Below are positions 25,901-36,412 of a stretch of 64,000 nt of DNA, one piece after another. This DNA is from Convolutriloba macropyga (Eukaryota), in the NCBI RefSeq assembly GCF_964194025.1, contig NC_134475.1:64976001-65040000 (forward strand). Direction: 5' to 3'. The notes under the pieces are model-generated. The model saw only the letters and a program-made list of their open reading frames with translations, searched no databases and was not told where the DNA came from. The translations under genes and the position numbers were made by a program. Within the stretch, counting starts at the first letter, position 1. Every line of letters begins with the position of its first letter.

Positions 25901-28115
25901 GTTACCATTTTTATTTCAATGAAGTCGTCTGTCTCCTGTCTGATGAAAACGACAACAGCATATGCTGTAGTTGAAGCGTCCTAAAAGACTTTCAACTGCA
26001 AATCTGATTTCTTGGCTGGCTTGAGAATCTTCCGTTGAAGACTAATTTTTAATAGATTCTTCAGTTATGCTCAAATTCGCAGGTACTGGTGTAGAAATGG
26101 GTCCGGTAAAAATTGAACACAGCTAAGCTTGTCCATCCACATCAGTTGAACACAGGATTTGTTTTGAATAGCCATTTAGTAAATGGAGTTCCCTTGAAAA
26201 GCTTTACTCTGAGGCCAAATTGATCAAGATTTAGATTCTACCTGATCCCAAGCGTCTCAATGTTATAGTATAGGCTTTGAATTATCTTCTCGTCTTCCGT
26301 TTCTCTGAAAGTGGCAGCTGGTCCTGATACAAGTGTTGGATTGTTAGATAACCGTATATCACAACCTACTGAAGCAAGAAGCGTAAAAATGGCTCTCCTG
26401 AAGCTTCTCTGTGGCTTTTGAATCTTCGCATCCTGTAAATAGATAATCCACATACCTATCAGTTGTTAGTGACAAACGAAGTATAGTGTTTATTTTTTCT
26501 TCGGCAAGAACTTGTAGGGGTCGAACTGAATAAAAAGACGAAGAATCAAGGCCGTATGGTACTCGCCTCCTACGATAAAGTTACACGTCTGAATTTGGAT
26601 CTTTCCACGGTAATCGGTGGTAGTTTTTGTCTGTCTTGACCAACTCTACTTGTCTGTATATTTTTGCAATGTCAGCAGAAAGCGCTAATTGATGTACTCC
26701 AAATTTAACAAGAATGCTGAAAAGGACTTTCTGAATTTTTTGGACCCACCATGAGTTTGTCGTTAAGAGATACTCCTGAGGTCGTCTTTGGGGATCCGTT
26801 GAAAGCGAACCTCCAATTGGTGTTAGTGCTTGACTCTTTGAAAACACAATGATGAAATAGATAGTAGCATTTTTTGACAGGCTTGATAAGTTCTGATGTT
26901 GGAAATTTATCCATGTGTCCGAGATTGAAGAACTCTCCAAATAAATCTGCGTATCTTTTTTTCATAAAAGGGGTTGTCTTTACAATCTTAATAGCAGACT
27001 GCGTAGTCGTTTTCTGGCTTGATGATGTGAATTTCCAAGGCTTTTTGCTCGTTCTCAAAGGGACCATTGTATGGCTTTTTCTCCCGGTTCCCTTCCAATA
27101 ACGACCCAACTGAACACTGATAGCCTATATGTTATTCCACAGTTAGACTTCTCTAGTCGATTGTTGCAAATCATTATGCCTTCAAAATGAGTTGCTCCGA
27201 TCAACAGGTCAATTGATGACAGCCTGTTGAAGTCTGTCTTGGCAAGCTCGAGCTCCTTTTCTGTTTTCTATTGGCTGGTGTCAATGAACCATTATGGCAG
27301 ATTATCAGTCATTTTTGTCATAACTTACGCTCTAATATTGACAACGGACGATCTGTTTCTTGATGAGATAAATAGGTTCCGCAACCGCTCTTGTCTTGAA
27401 CTATCAAACCTAGTCCAAAAACTTCTGTTTTGCTGATTTTATTCTTCAATTTTGTTCGTTGTAGTGCTGCTTCGGTTATCATTTTGTCTTGTTAAGCTGA
27501 GTCTAGAAGTGGCGTAAGTAGAATTTTTTCGCCAAGAACCTTAACGGAAACAATTGCGGTTTGGAGAAAGACTTGTTCTGAAAATCGTTGTGTCATAGCT
27601 CCTGTGAACTTGTTGTCGTCCTTCGATTTCGCAATTGCTCTTGTTGTTGTAGCGTTGTTGTTCTGTTTGTCATTCCGATAATTGTCTGCTGACTAGTGTT
27701 TTTGTTGTTAATGTTTTCACGATGAAGAATAGCATGATGCTTTCTACCGCACTGTTTGAACTTCCATCAATTGTAATCTTCTGATCTGTATCCCGGTCGC
27801 AGACAATTGAAACATAGTTTTTCTAACTTTTATCAGCCCTGCACGTTCCCTTACTCCCTTACTGAAAATATTTGAACTTTCTGGACTTGATAATTTTGTT
27901 GGTTTCCACACAACATTTGCATTGTTGATCAGAAGCCACCAATTGCGTGTGCAATGCCGTGTACTCCCATTCACATGAGTTTTTGTCGCTCCAATTCTAT
28001 TCGGCGCTGTTGCCTCGAGTGCTTGTGCCGGTTCCTGTAAGAAAAGTCTGAGCACTGCATACTTTTGAGGTTCCTTGCCCTTTAAAGATAGCTACCATTG
28101 TTTTCTAGTCTCTGT
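19924..28115 (-). mobile_element. Decayed BEL/Pao pol region as three tandem ~2.72-kb units (Zn knuckle-protease-RT-RNase H): 19924-22669, 22670-25391, 25392-28115
   Basis: Each unit has DLLIGA, RLVFNGSAKT/SLND, ALSADIAKIYRQ, ETLGIRWN, LCAK and WKYVPTEDNPADC-like motifs; GTTGCTCCGATCAA at ~21732, 24451, 27191. Confidence 0.9.
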
Positions 28116-28890
28116 GGGAACCTTCTCACTGATCATTTAGACAAAAAAGATGTCTTGACTGGTTACTCAAATTCTGCAAGACAAGTCGATGTTCGTCCTT
28201 TGCTTCAATAAAAATTCTTAAGTCTGTGGTTTTATCCAATGTCAGTGATCGATACGAAATGATTGAAAGCAGATGTGTGCTAATGATGATCCTCTTGTTC
28301 TCGTATCTGTTTTTCGGAATATTCATAGCAAGCTCGAGGTTGTGATCGGTAACTGCTATTGAAGCAAAAAACTTGGCGGCATCACCTTTTACACTTGTTT
28401 TCAGAAACTGCAACTTCTGATTTCCTTGAGGAGAACTTTTGTCGATGACTGCTCCTTTGAATAAATCATTGAACGCAGTCCATTCAATATAATTACCCAA
28501 AAAGACTGGCAGATTGAGTTATGGTAACTTGATGTTGGCTGAGTTCCTCATAGTATTTGCGAGCCTTGAAGTAGATGCTGTTGAGGTTTCCAATGCCGTT
28601 GAAGGTCCCTCAGAAGGCCTAGTGAAGCGTTTGATTGAATCAATCTTCTCTGTCAACTTGTCATCATTTTCCTTGGGCTCCAGAATGTCATTGTTCAGTG
28701 CTTCAGCCTTCGTCAAGTTCTGTTAAAGTTTTTCTTTTAAGGTTACCAGAAAAAAGATGCTTTTGGGTGAAAAGTCTCGCTAATAGATTTAAACTGTTCA
28801 TGCTTGCTTCTGAACTGGTGTCTTCAGTTTTTGATATGATGTTTTCAGTCTCATTTTGAAACCTTTGGCAACACCGCGGTGTGATCCCCA
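28116..28890 (-). pseudogene. BEL/Pao gag remnant (DUF1759-like)
   Basis: IKLP...FLGNYIEWTAFNDLFKGAVIDK...QKLQFLKTSVKGDAAKFF...RYENKRII. Confidence 0.85.
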
Positions 28891-28905
28891 AGAATGTTTC
28901 TGCAT
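28874..28905 (-). other. Possible BEL 5' LTR end and primer-binding site
   Basis: Minus strand ...GCAGAAACA-TTCT-TGGGGATCACACCG just upstream of gag; primer tRNA not assignable and no matching 3' LTR found. Confidence 0.35.
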
Positions 28906-29173
28906 CTCAAGAATGGACATTTTGAATTGCTATCGACTTTGAGGGCGCTTTTTCTTGTCTTTGTTGTTCGTCTTTTTTGGTATCTGCTTCGTTTGTCTTT
29001 TTCGTAAGCTTTGCTGAGCTGAAAACTAAATATACAATAAAAGAAAGCAGAAGATTGGAAATCGGGTTCACTCAATCCCCGTTTCGAAAAATCGGTCAAT
29101 TTTTGCGCGCGAACTGAGTGTTATTACTTCAGGGATGCAAACCTACACTAAAAATTTTGAGTTCTCCGCGAGA

Positions 29174-29177
<4 letters not shown>

Positions 29178-29234
<57 letters not shown>
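29178..29234 (+). repeat. (GA)n microsatellite
   Basis: Direct reading. Confidence 0.95.
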
Positions 29235-29238
<4 letters not shown>

Positions 29239-30284
29239 TTCCCCGAAATTTTTGTAACTCTTGAGATATAGTTCTCCCACTACATAACTCTACCGGGTCA
29301 CATAATTAGGTTAATCAGCCTTTTTATGCAAGTTATTCAACTTGTGTAACATGAGAGGGGATCTGTTACCTGGTGGGGGGGTCCGCTTTTAACTTCCCTT
29401 TTTAGATTTTTTGCTATAATTTTTGAGATTGTTAATGCTTTTGGTGCCTAATGCTTTGACTTTTTTAATCCTGATCTATTGATCTAAAAATCTATTGACT
29501 AAAGACGCTAGGTTTCTCTGATCAGGATGCTGCTTTTTTGTTGCTTCTTGGCAGAGCCAACATCTCATTAAAAACCAAAAAAAATATTGAAAAAAAGTGC
29601 GCTCAAAATGGTCCCTGACCACACCCACTTGCGCTCAAAATCTTCTCTGATCAGAATAATGAGCGCTTGAATCTGCCTCTGATCAGAAGATCCCAAACAG
29701 AATTGGCCTTTGATCAGACCATAACCATCAGGAATTGACCTCTGATCAGACCAATCGCAGATCGAAGAGACCTCTGATTGTTCTTTTTTGGGCGTAATAT
29801 AAACCCCAGACCCTTTAATTTTGGTCTGGAAACATATCGTGTGCGTTGGAATTGGGTACGATCAGAGGTCCTTTCCGTATGACACCTCAATCTGATTGCA
29901 TTAATGTCCTTTGTGCTTTTAAGCTTTATTTACAACATCCTGCATCGAAAATCAACCTGTTAAGACCTTAAACTTAAGACATATAGAACTTTTGACATAT
30001 ATTTGCTCAATATCGAGAACTCAAAGAATTGTGCATCCATTATCTACCCAGTATCATTCATTCACCACTTGATCATATGGTATATTAGACTAAAAGTATA
30101 TGGCGCATTGAAGTACTGCCAAAAATAGTTTCAAACCAAGTTTTGCGAACGGAGAAGAGTTAGAGAGAGGTATAATGACACATATTTGGTCCCATAAAAC
30201 ATACTCTGATGGAATGCAAAAAAATTGTTAAGAATTGGCGACAGTTTGAATACTGTCAGGTAGTTTTTAAGGTTGAGTAATCAC

Positions 30285-30940
30285 CCCGGGTCGAGGTTTT
30301 GCGGTGAATTTTTGTACGAAATGCGGTGAAAAAAATAATTATCACCGCGTATTTCTCACATCTTTTTGCGGTGAATTGCGGTGAAATATTTATTTTGACC
30401 GCGTTCTTAGTATTGTTACAAACAAGAATCGTCCCCTCAAGGGTTCGAACCTGTGACCTCGTGCATGCCTTCATCTGCTTAGTCCACTGCGCCAACTGTC
30501 ACTTACATCCTTAAAATTTCTTGTGAATTTAAATCAGTTTGAGTTAAATTTGGAAATCATATGCGGTGAATTTTTGGACGAAATGCGGTGAAATGTGGTG
30601 AATTATTTTTTTCACCGCGTTCACCGCTTTCACCGCATTTCTTACATCAATTTGCCACAAAATTTGATGCGGTGAATTTCTTGCAGAAATGCGGTGAAAT
30701 GTGGTGAATTATTTTTTTCACCGCGTCCACCGCTTTCGCCGCATTTCGTACATTAATTTGCCACAAAAGTTGATGCGATGAATTTTTGTGAGAAATGCGG
30801 TGAATTTTTGTAAGAAATGCGGTGAAATGCAGTGAAGTATTTAACTTCACCGCAATCACCGCAATCACCGCATTTCTTACAAAAATTCACCGCATTCACC
30901 GCCTTTCTTACAAAAATTTACCCAAAAACCTCGACCCGGG
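30285..30940. mobile_element. Non-autonomous TIR DNA transposon (CCC-terminal, 2-bp TSD, EnSpm/CACTA-like)
   Basis: Perfect 16-bp TIRs CCCGGGTCGAGGTTTT / AAAACCTCGACCCGGG; AC on both flanks; many GCGGTGAA/TTCACCGC repeats in both orientations. Confidence 0.9.
30431..30502 (-). promoter_or_regulatory. tRNA-derived internal Pol III promoter (A and B boxes) in the middle of the MITE
   Basis: GTGACAGT-TGGCGCAGTGG-...-AGGTC-ACA-GGTTCGAACCC: G18G19, variable loop AGGTC (44-48) and G53 T54 T55 C56 at tRNA-numbered positions; acceptor stem cannot pair. Confidence 0.75.
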
Positions 30941-31009
30941 ACTAATTCCCTCACTTTTGGCATAACAAATCATCATACGTGGTGTAGAGGAAGTCACAAT
31001 TTAAATCGT

Positions 31010-31227
31010 TTGTGTACGTGTGTGTTCGTAAGTGTGTTTGATTTTTGTGTTTGTGTATGTGTCTGTGTGTGTGCGTGCGCGCGTGTGTATCTTTGTCTGT
31101 GTCTGTCTGTCTGTGTTTGTCTGTGTGTGTTTGTGTGTGTGTGTGCGTATGCTTGCGTGTGTGTGTGTAAGTCTGTGAGTGTTTGTCTGTGTCTGTGTGT
31201 GTTGGTGTGTGCGTTTGTTTGTGTGTG
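31010..31227 (+). repeat. Degenerate (GT)n microsatellite abutting a gap
   Basis: Direct reading. Confidence 0.95.
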
Positions 31228-31407
31228 NNNNNNNNNNNNNNNNNNNNNNNNNNNNNNNNNNNNNNNNNNNNNNNNNNNNNNNNNNNNNNNNNNNNNNNNN
31301 NNNNNNNNNNNNNNNNNNNNNNNNNNNNNNNNNNNNNNNNNNNNNNNNNNNNNNNNNNNNNNNNNNNNNNNNNNNNNNNNNNNNNNNNNNNNNNNNNNNN
31401 NNNNNNN
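31228..31407. other. Assembly gap (N run)
   Basis: Run of N. Confidence 1.
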
Positions 31408-34400
31408 TTGCAGCATTGTTCGGGCAGCCAACTGATAAATCTTTGGTTGCCTAAATAGATTAAATGTTTTTCTTCTTAAATATGTTTTCTCAATGATATG
31501 CCGAAACATTTAGGTAAAATGATTATTTCAATTTCCAGAAAATCAAGAAAACAGATAAATCATAAACTGTATTTTTAACATCCTAAACGTAATAGGTCAG
31601 TTGCACTCTCGTTAGAAAACCCTCTGGGCTATCAAAAACATTGACAATTTGCCACCAGGCCTAGTTTGGTATTGACGCAACCGACAACAACTTGCTGAGT
31701 TAACAGAAACTTATTTGTTCGGACCCCAGTTGTCGGCGGGGGGGGGGAACTATATACTAAAATGGGTTTTTTCTTCAATCAATTTTGTCCGATCGATATA
31801 TTCATCGTAGAGAAATGTGAGTGGCATCATTAAAAGGCTCCTCCAGCGTAGAATTGAAAACTAAAATATATTTTTTGAATTTCTTAATTTTCATGGATTT
31901 ATTGAGTATGAAAATTTTGTGTGAACATGGGATATTTGGCATGAATTTGTACAAATTTAGCGTAATTTGTATTCAATTAAGATTTCTTTTCTATGAAAAA
32001 ATTAATTCAAAATTACATTTCACGCTCCAAGGTTAAACAATTAGGTTTTGTCAATAGATGAAAGGCGATGAAAAGCCTAGTTCTGGTCTCGAAGGGAAGT
32101 AAATATAAAAATAAAGAAAATGGAATTCAATTTGAAAGCTGTTTTTTTCGGAAAAATTTTCGTACTTTTTTTAAAATTTTTAAGAGATTAGTCATTTTTC
32201 GTATAGCGGTTCCGGTAATGAAGAAAAGCATATACAGTCAAATGAACCCGAATGAACGAAAAAATTGATTTCAAAGAATCGCTCGTGTTTTTTTTGGCTT
32301 TGACTTTTTTTGGTATTTTTTAATGAAATTTTGATCTTATTTTTGAGATTTTAGTAGATTTTGGAGACCTATGGCGTATACTTGCTGACTGAATTTGGAA
32401 TGGGATTCCTAAGGAGCATTAAGTGAACCCATCTAGTTTTTTCATTGGACAACTAAAGGTAAGACCTTAAAAATAATTGTTTGATGTTTTTTTGAACATT
32501 AACCGATCTCAATCTTTTTTTTCGTGAATTTTTAATAAGTCTTAGTAAAGACAGAACCCCCTTCTTTTCCACTGCAACCAAAATTTATCTGGTTGCAGCT
32601 TTATCTTCAAACTATTGGTTTATGAGTTCAATGCCACGAGTTTTTATGTTTTAAATTTTTGAAAATTTTTATCCGTAATTTCGGTTCCTTTTGAAATCCT
32701 ATAACACAATCCTTATATTGATAGTTAGCATTGTTTCAGAAGAGACGTTCAATGGATCATAGATAAAGTTTTCAGAGGAAAATTATAGCCTAAATTGCTT
32801 CGACAATTTTTTCGCGCACTTTTCTACAGAATTTTTGGTTTTTGCCTTTGTTTTCTGTAGTTTTTATAGTCATAGCATTTATTGTGATATGTTTTTGATA
32901 AACTATGAATGAAAAACTTCCTTGTTTTTCCATCGAGGCATAATCTGTACTTATGGACAGCCGACGAAAACTATTGAATCAAATGTCTGTTAAGACTTTA
33001 AAATTTTAGGAATTTTTTTAACATTAACTAATATTAAACTTAATTTCACGAAAGGCAGTTCGGTTTCAGTAATGACAGCAACCCTTTCTTTTTTATTTTA
33101 ACAAAAAAAATATATGATTGGCGGTTTTGTATTCTTACTATTGATTTTGACTTCGATGTCACAACTTTTTTTCTAACTTTTGGATTTTTTTTGTAATTTT
33201 GGTTCTTTTGAAATCTTATCACATTATCCTAAAATTGAAAGTTCCAATTGGCTTAGAAAAAAGTTCAAGGCATCATAGTTTAGTTTTCACGGAAAAAATA
33301 TGGTTTAAATCGATTGGACCTTTTGTTCTGGCACATTTCTACAGAAATTGTGGTTTTTACCTGTTTTTGTAATTGATTTTTTTGTCATAAGACTTATTGT
33401 AATGTCTTAATGATGACTTTTGAAGATGTGACATCTTAGTCTTCCTATAGGGCAAAACTAAGCGTATTTGACATCTGTTGAAAGCTATTGATTTTAATGG
33501 CGTGTATACTACGGGTTTTATCAAAAATCCCTATCTTTAATATATTTGTTCGTATTTGCTGATTTTTTGAAGCCATATCGCGTTAGGAAAGAAGAATCCC
33601 ATTGCTGTTAAAAAACTAATTTTTAGTAGGAAAGTTTCTACAAAAAAGTTCAATTTTATTGGCTTCGATATTTTTCTCGCTCAAATTTTTTAAAATTGCT
33701 GTTTTTGCCTGTTTTCTTGTAGCCGTAAAAAGCTGACCGGTCTTACAAATTTCTAATTGAGGATTAATTGAATGATGTTACTCAATGCAGTCAGTTTATA
33801 ATGAATAGTGTTGAATTTTGTGATTTTAATTTTTTTTCAAAAATTTTTAATGCTTTCGGTTTTGCTGGTACTTTCGTCATCTTGTAACTTGTTCTCATCA
33901 TGAGAGGTCTCATCCAATTCCCTGTATTTCAAAAATTAACATGACTTTTGATATCATGTTGTAAGTGATGTTTTGTTTGTTGAAAACTATGCGCTTTCAT
34001 AAAAATTTTCTAAGTGGTCAATAATTTTGTTTCATTCTCTTTTGGCATATTCGTGTAATAACAGATCCCAAAGAATTTCAATTGTGGCCCACGTGAATTC
34101 ATTTAATCTTTCAGTATGATTTTTGCTTAATTATTATAAATAACAATTGAAATAAAAAATACATAATATTCAGATAATAGTTAAAGATTCCAAAGTTATA
34201 GATTTCAATAGTTAATGGCTTCAAAAATTTTGTTTTCGCAAATTGTTGGTAAGTTTTCAGTTTGAGTTTTTCAGCATCTTTAGTCTGTTTCAATGGCTTA
34301 AATCATCCAAAGAAAGATTTTATTTGACTTCTAGTGACTTTTTAGAAAGTTTATCAAAAATTGTTTTGTTAAAAGACAATGATCTTTAGGGCGTTGTAAT

Positions 34401-35453
34401 TATTTGGTTTAAAAAATGTTCATTGACTTTTGAACGTCGCCTCATTATTACTTCCTTTTTTCGACTTGGTCTCATTCAGGAAAATTCTGGTCTCATTCTG
34501 AAATTTCTGGTGTAGTTGGGTTAGAGAAAAAATTAGAAAAGAAAATGTTTTTGGTTAAAATTTTATCCGATTGCCCTTTGTTGTTGTTACCAGGTGCTTC
34601 TAAATTTAGATATTGAGTTTTTGCCGGGAAATTTCTGTTTTTGCTCTTTTTGTCGTTCTTTTTTCTCGTAGTCTTTTTAAAGGCAGATCTGGTAAGCGCT
34701 GCAATGAGGCAATGGATTATGCAATTCGATTCTTAGTTTGGTTGTCTAGCGACTTTTTAAAAACTCTAACAACTATTTTTGGTTACCTCTCCATTTGGTT
34801 GAAAATTAAGTCAAAAATGCAGACGAGCTTGGGTCAGAACATCATTTGGAACAAGGATTAAAAAATACAACAATTTAAAAAAAACAGTGTTGTCGATTAA
34901 TATGGGAGAGTATTCGGTTTTTGTGTTGAATATGTCATGTTTATGACGTATTGAATGTAACTGAGAGAAAGAAATTTCCAAAAAACTTTACTGAATTTAT
35001 TGGCGCTATCTCGAATTTATTCAGAGCACCTGTGAAATCAAATAGCTCATTAGATGGCATGATTTAATTAAAAAACAACAACTCCTGCACTCATCAACGA
35101 CACTTCAACTCAAAATATCTCCTAAACGTACAAAACGTTGCTCCCGATAGTGGTAGCCTTGCAGCTCTACTCTTCAACAAACAGTTTTCGCGAAAAAAAT
35201 GAGTTGTTTGAAAAAAATTAAAAGTTTCCAGTAGTTTTTAGTTTTCTTTTTTTTTTCTGCTGGGTCATTGTTGCCTTTTCTACTGGGTCATGGTTTCCAG
35301 TAGTTTTTAATTTTCTTTTTTTTCTTCGGGGCCAGGGTTGTCTCAGTTAAGAAAAAGAAATCTTCAATCAAACTTTTTGCTAGGTTATTCACAAACAATC
35401 TTTTTAAAAATTGTAACCGGAAAAACTGCGATCGAACCGGCATGTGTAGTTTT

Positions 35454-35609
35454 GGATCTTTTTCCTTTGTGCACCCCCAATACGTAAAGATTAATTACAG
35501 AGCCCGTGCCATTACATGGTAAATCAATATGTAAAATTATTGTACGTGCTTCGGGTGGTTGCAAACAATATGCACCCGCTAAACTGGGGAGTGTAAACGG
35601 AAAAAATCC
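35454..35609. mobile_element. Merlin-like MITE
   Basis: GGATCTTTTTCCTTTGTGCACCCCC ... GTAAACGGAAAAAATCC; TSD GTAGTTTT/GTTGTTTT (7/8). Confidence 0.75.
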
Positions 35610-36412
35610 GTTGTTTTTCTGAAAGCCGGATTTTTATGAAATTTTTGTTCCGAATTAAAATTGGTTCTCTAGTCTAGTTGGGCAATTCTCAATACAGCAC
35701 AAAATACCAGTTACCGATTGTAAGAGCACGCTAGAGCAAAAACTTTCTTTCTTTAAAGTGTTGTTTAGTTAGTGAAATGGAAAAAGATTCAGACTTTTCT
35801 TGTATTCCTCACGTGAAAATTGGGAGAAGCTGAACATTGGTTCTCGGTGAGGCAAAATCAACAACCAGCAAATATTTTATCAAATTCAAAAACCGAACTC
35901 ATACAAAAAATTTTGAGAAACTTTTAGATTTAGACCATCAGCTCTTACTCTACTGCATTTAGCAAAAACCAAACCCACTTTTTGTCTGACGGGAAATGCA
36001 TCTCTTCATTAAAAAAAACATTATTTCAAACTTATCGCCAAAATATTTATACCAGTTCAATTCCATTTCTTTCTCTTTATTAAAAAAAGGGGAAGCACAT
36101 TTTTAATTGTTTTTGACTCAGTAGCACATTCAGAACCTGAAACAAACACATAAATGAGGTTTCTATTAACAATTATCGAAGTAATTTTTGAGCGAAATCA
36201 GTTTTTTGTCTCTAAATAAACGTAGGTTGCAGTTTTTCCTTAGCAGAGTGTTTTAGCCACCCTGGCCCACACCCAAACTGCATTACCCCATCCAGCTGCT
36301 GTCTTTTCTAGTAATAAACCTCTCTTCTAATCCGCAGCATTTCCAATAGCAAAAGTTTGTTCACCAAGAATTTTCAGATCTTTTCTGCTTGTGCCCCCTC
36401 AGCTAAGTGGGT

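Larger units (their letters stand above)
16679..29896. mobile_element. CCC-type TIR element (CTGATCAG repeats) split by BEL/Pao sequence
   Basis: Left terminus CCGAGGTTGAGGTGTCAT (16679) matches the reverse complement of the right terminus ATGACACCTCAATCTGAT (ends 29896); TG on both flanks; CTGATCAG arrays at 16710-17060 and ~29520-29865. Confidence 0.6.

Noticed and set aside
30431-30502. Functional tRNA gene
   Set aside because: A/B boxes are present but the acceptor and anticodon stems do not pair; treated as a tRNA-derived cassette
30300-30925. CRISPR-like repeat-spacer array (also 3200-3760 and the CTGATCAG arrays)
   Set aside because: Repeats are only ~8 bp, occur in both orientations, are irregular and lie between TIRs in eukaryotic DNA; no cas genes
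30994-31509. Long ORFs (141-171 aa) rich in V/C or H/T, and ORFs at 4972-5194
   Set aside because: Translations of a GT microsatellite and N gaps
32640-33500. ~515-bp diverged direct repeat
   Set aside because: Visible (TTTTGAAATC[C/T]TAT at ~32690 and ~33206) but too degenerate to bound or interpret
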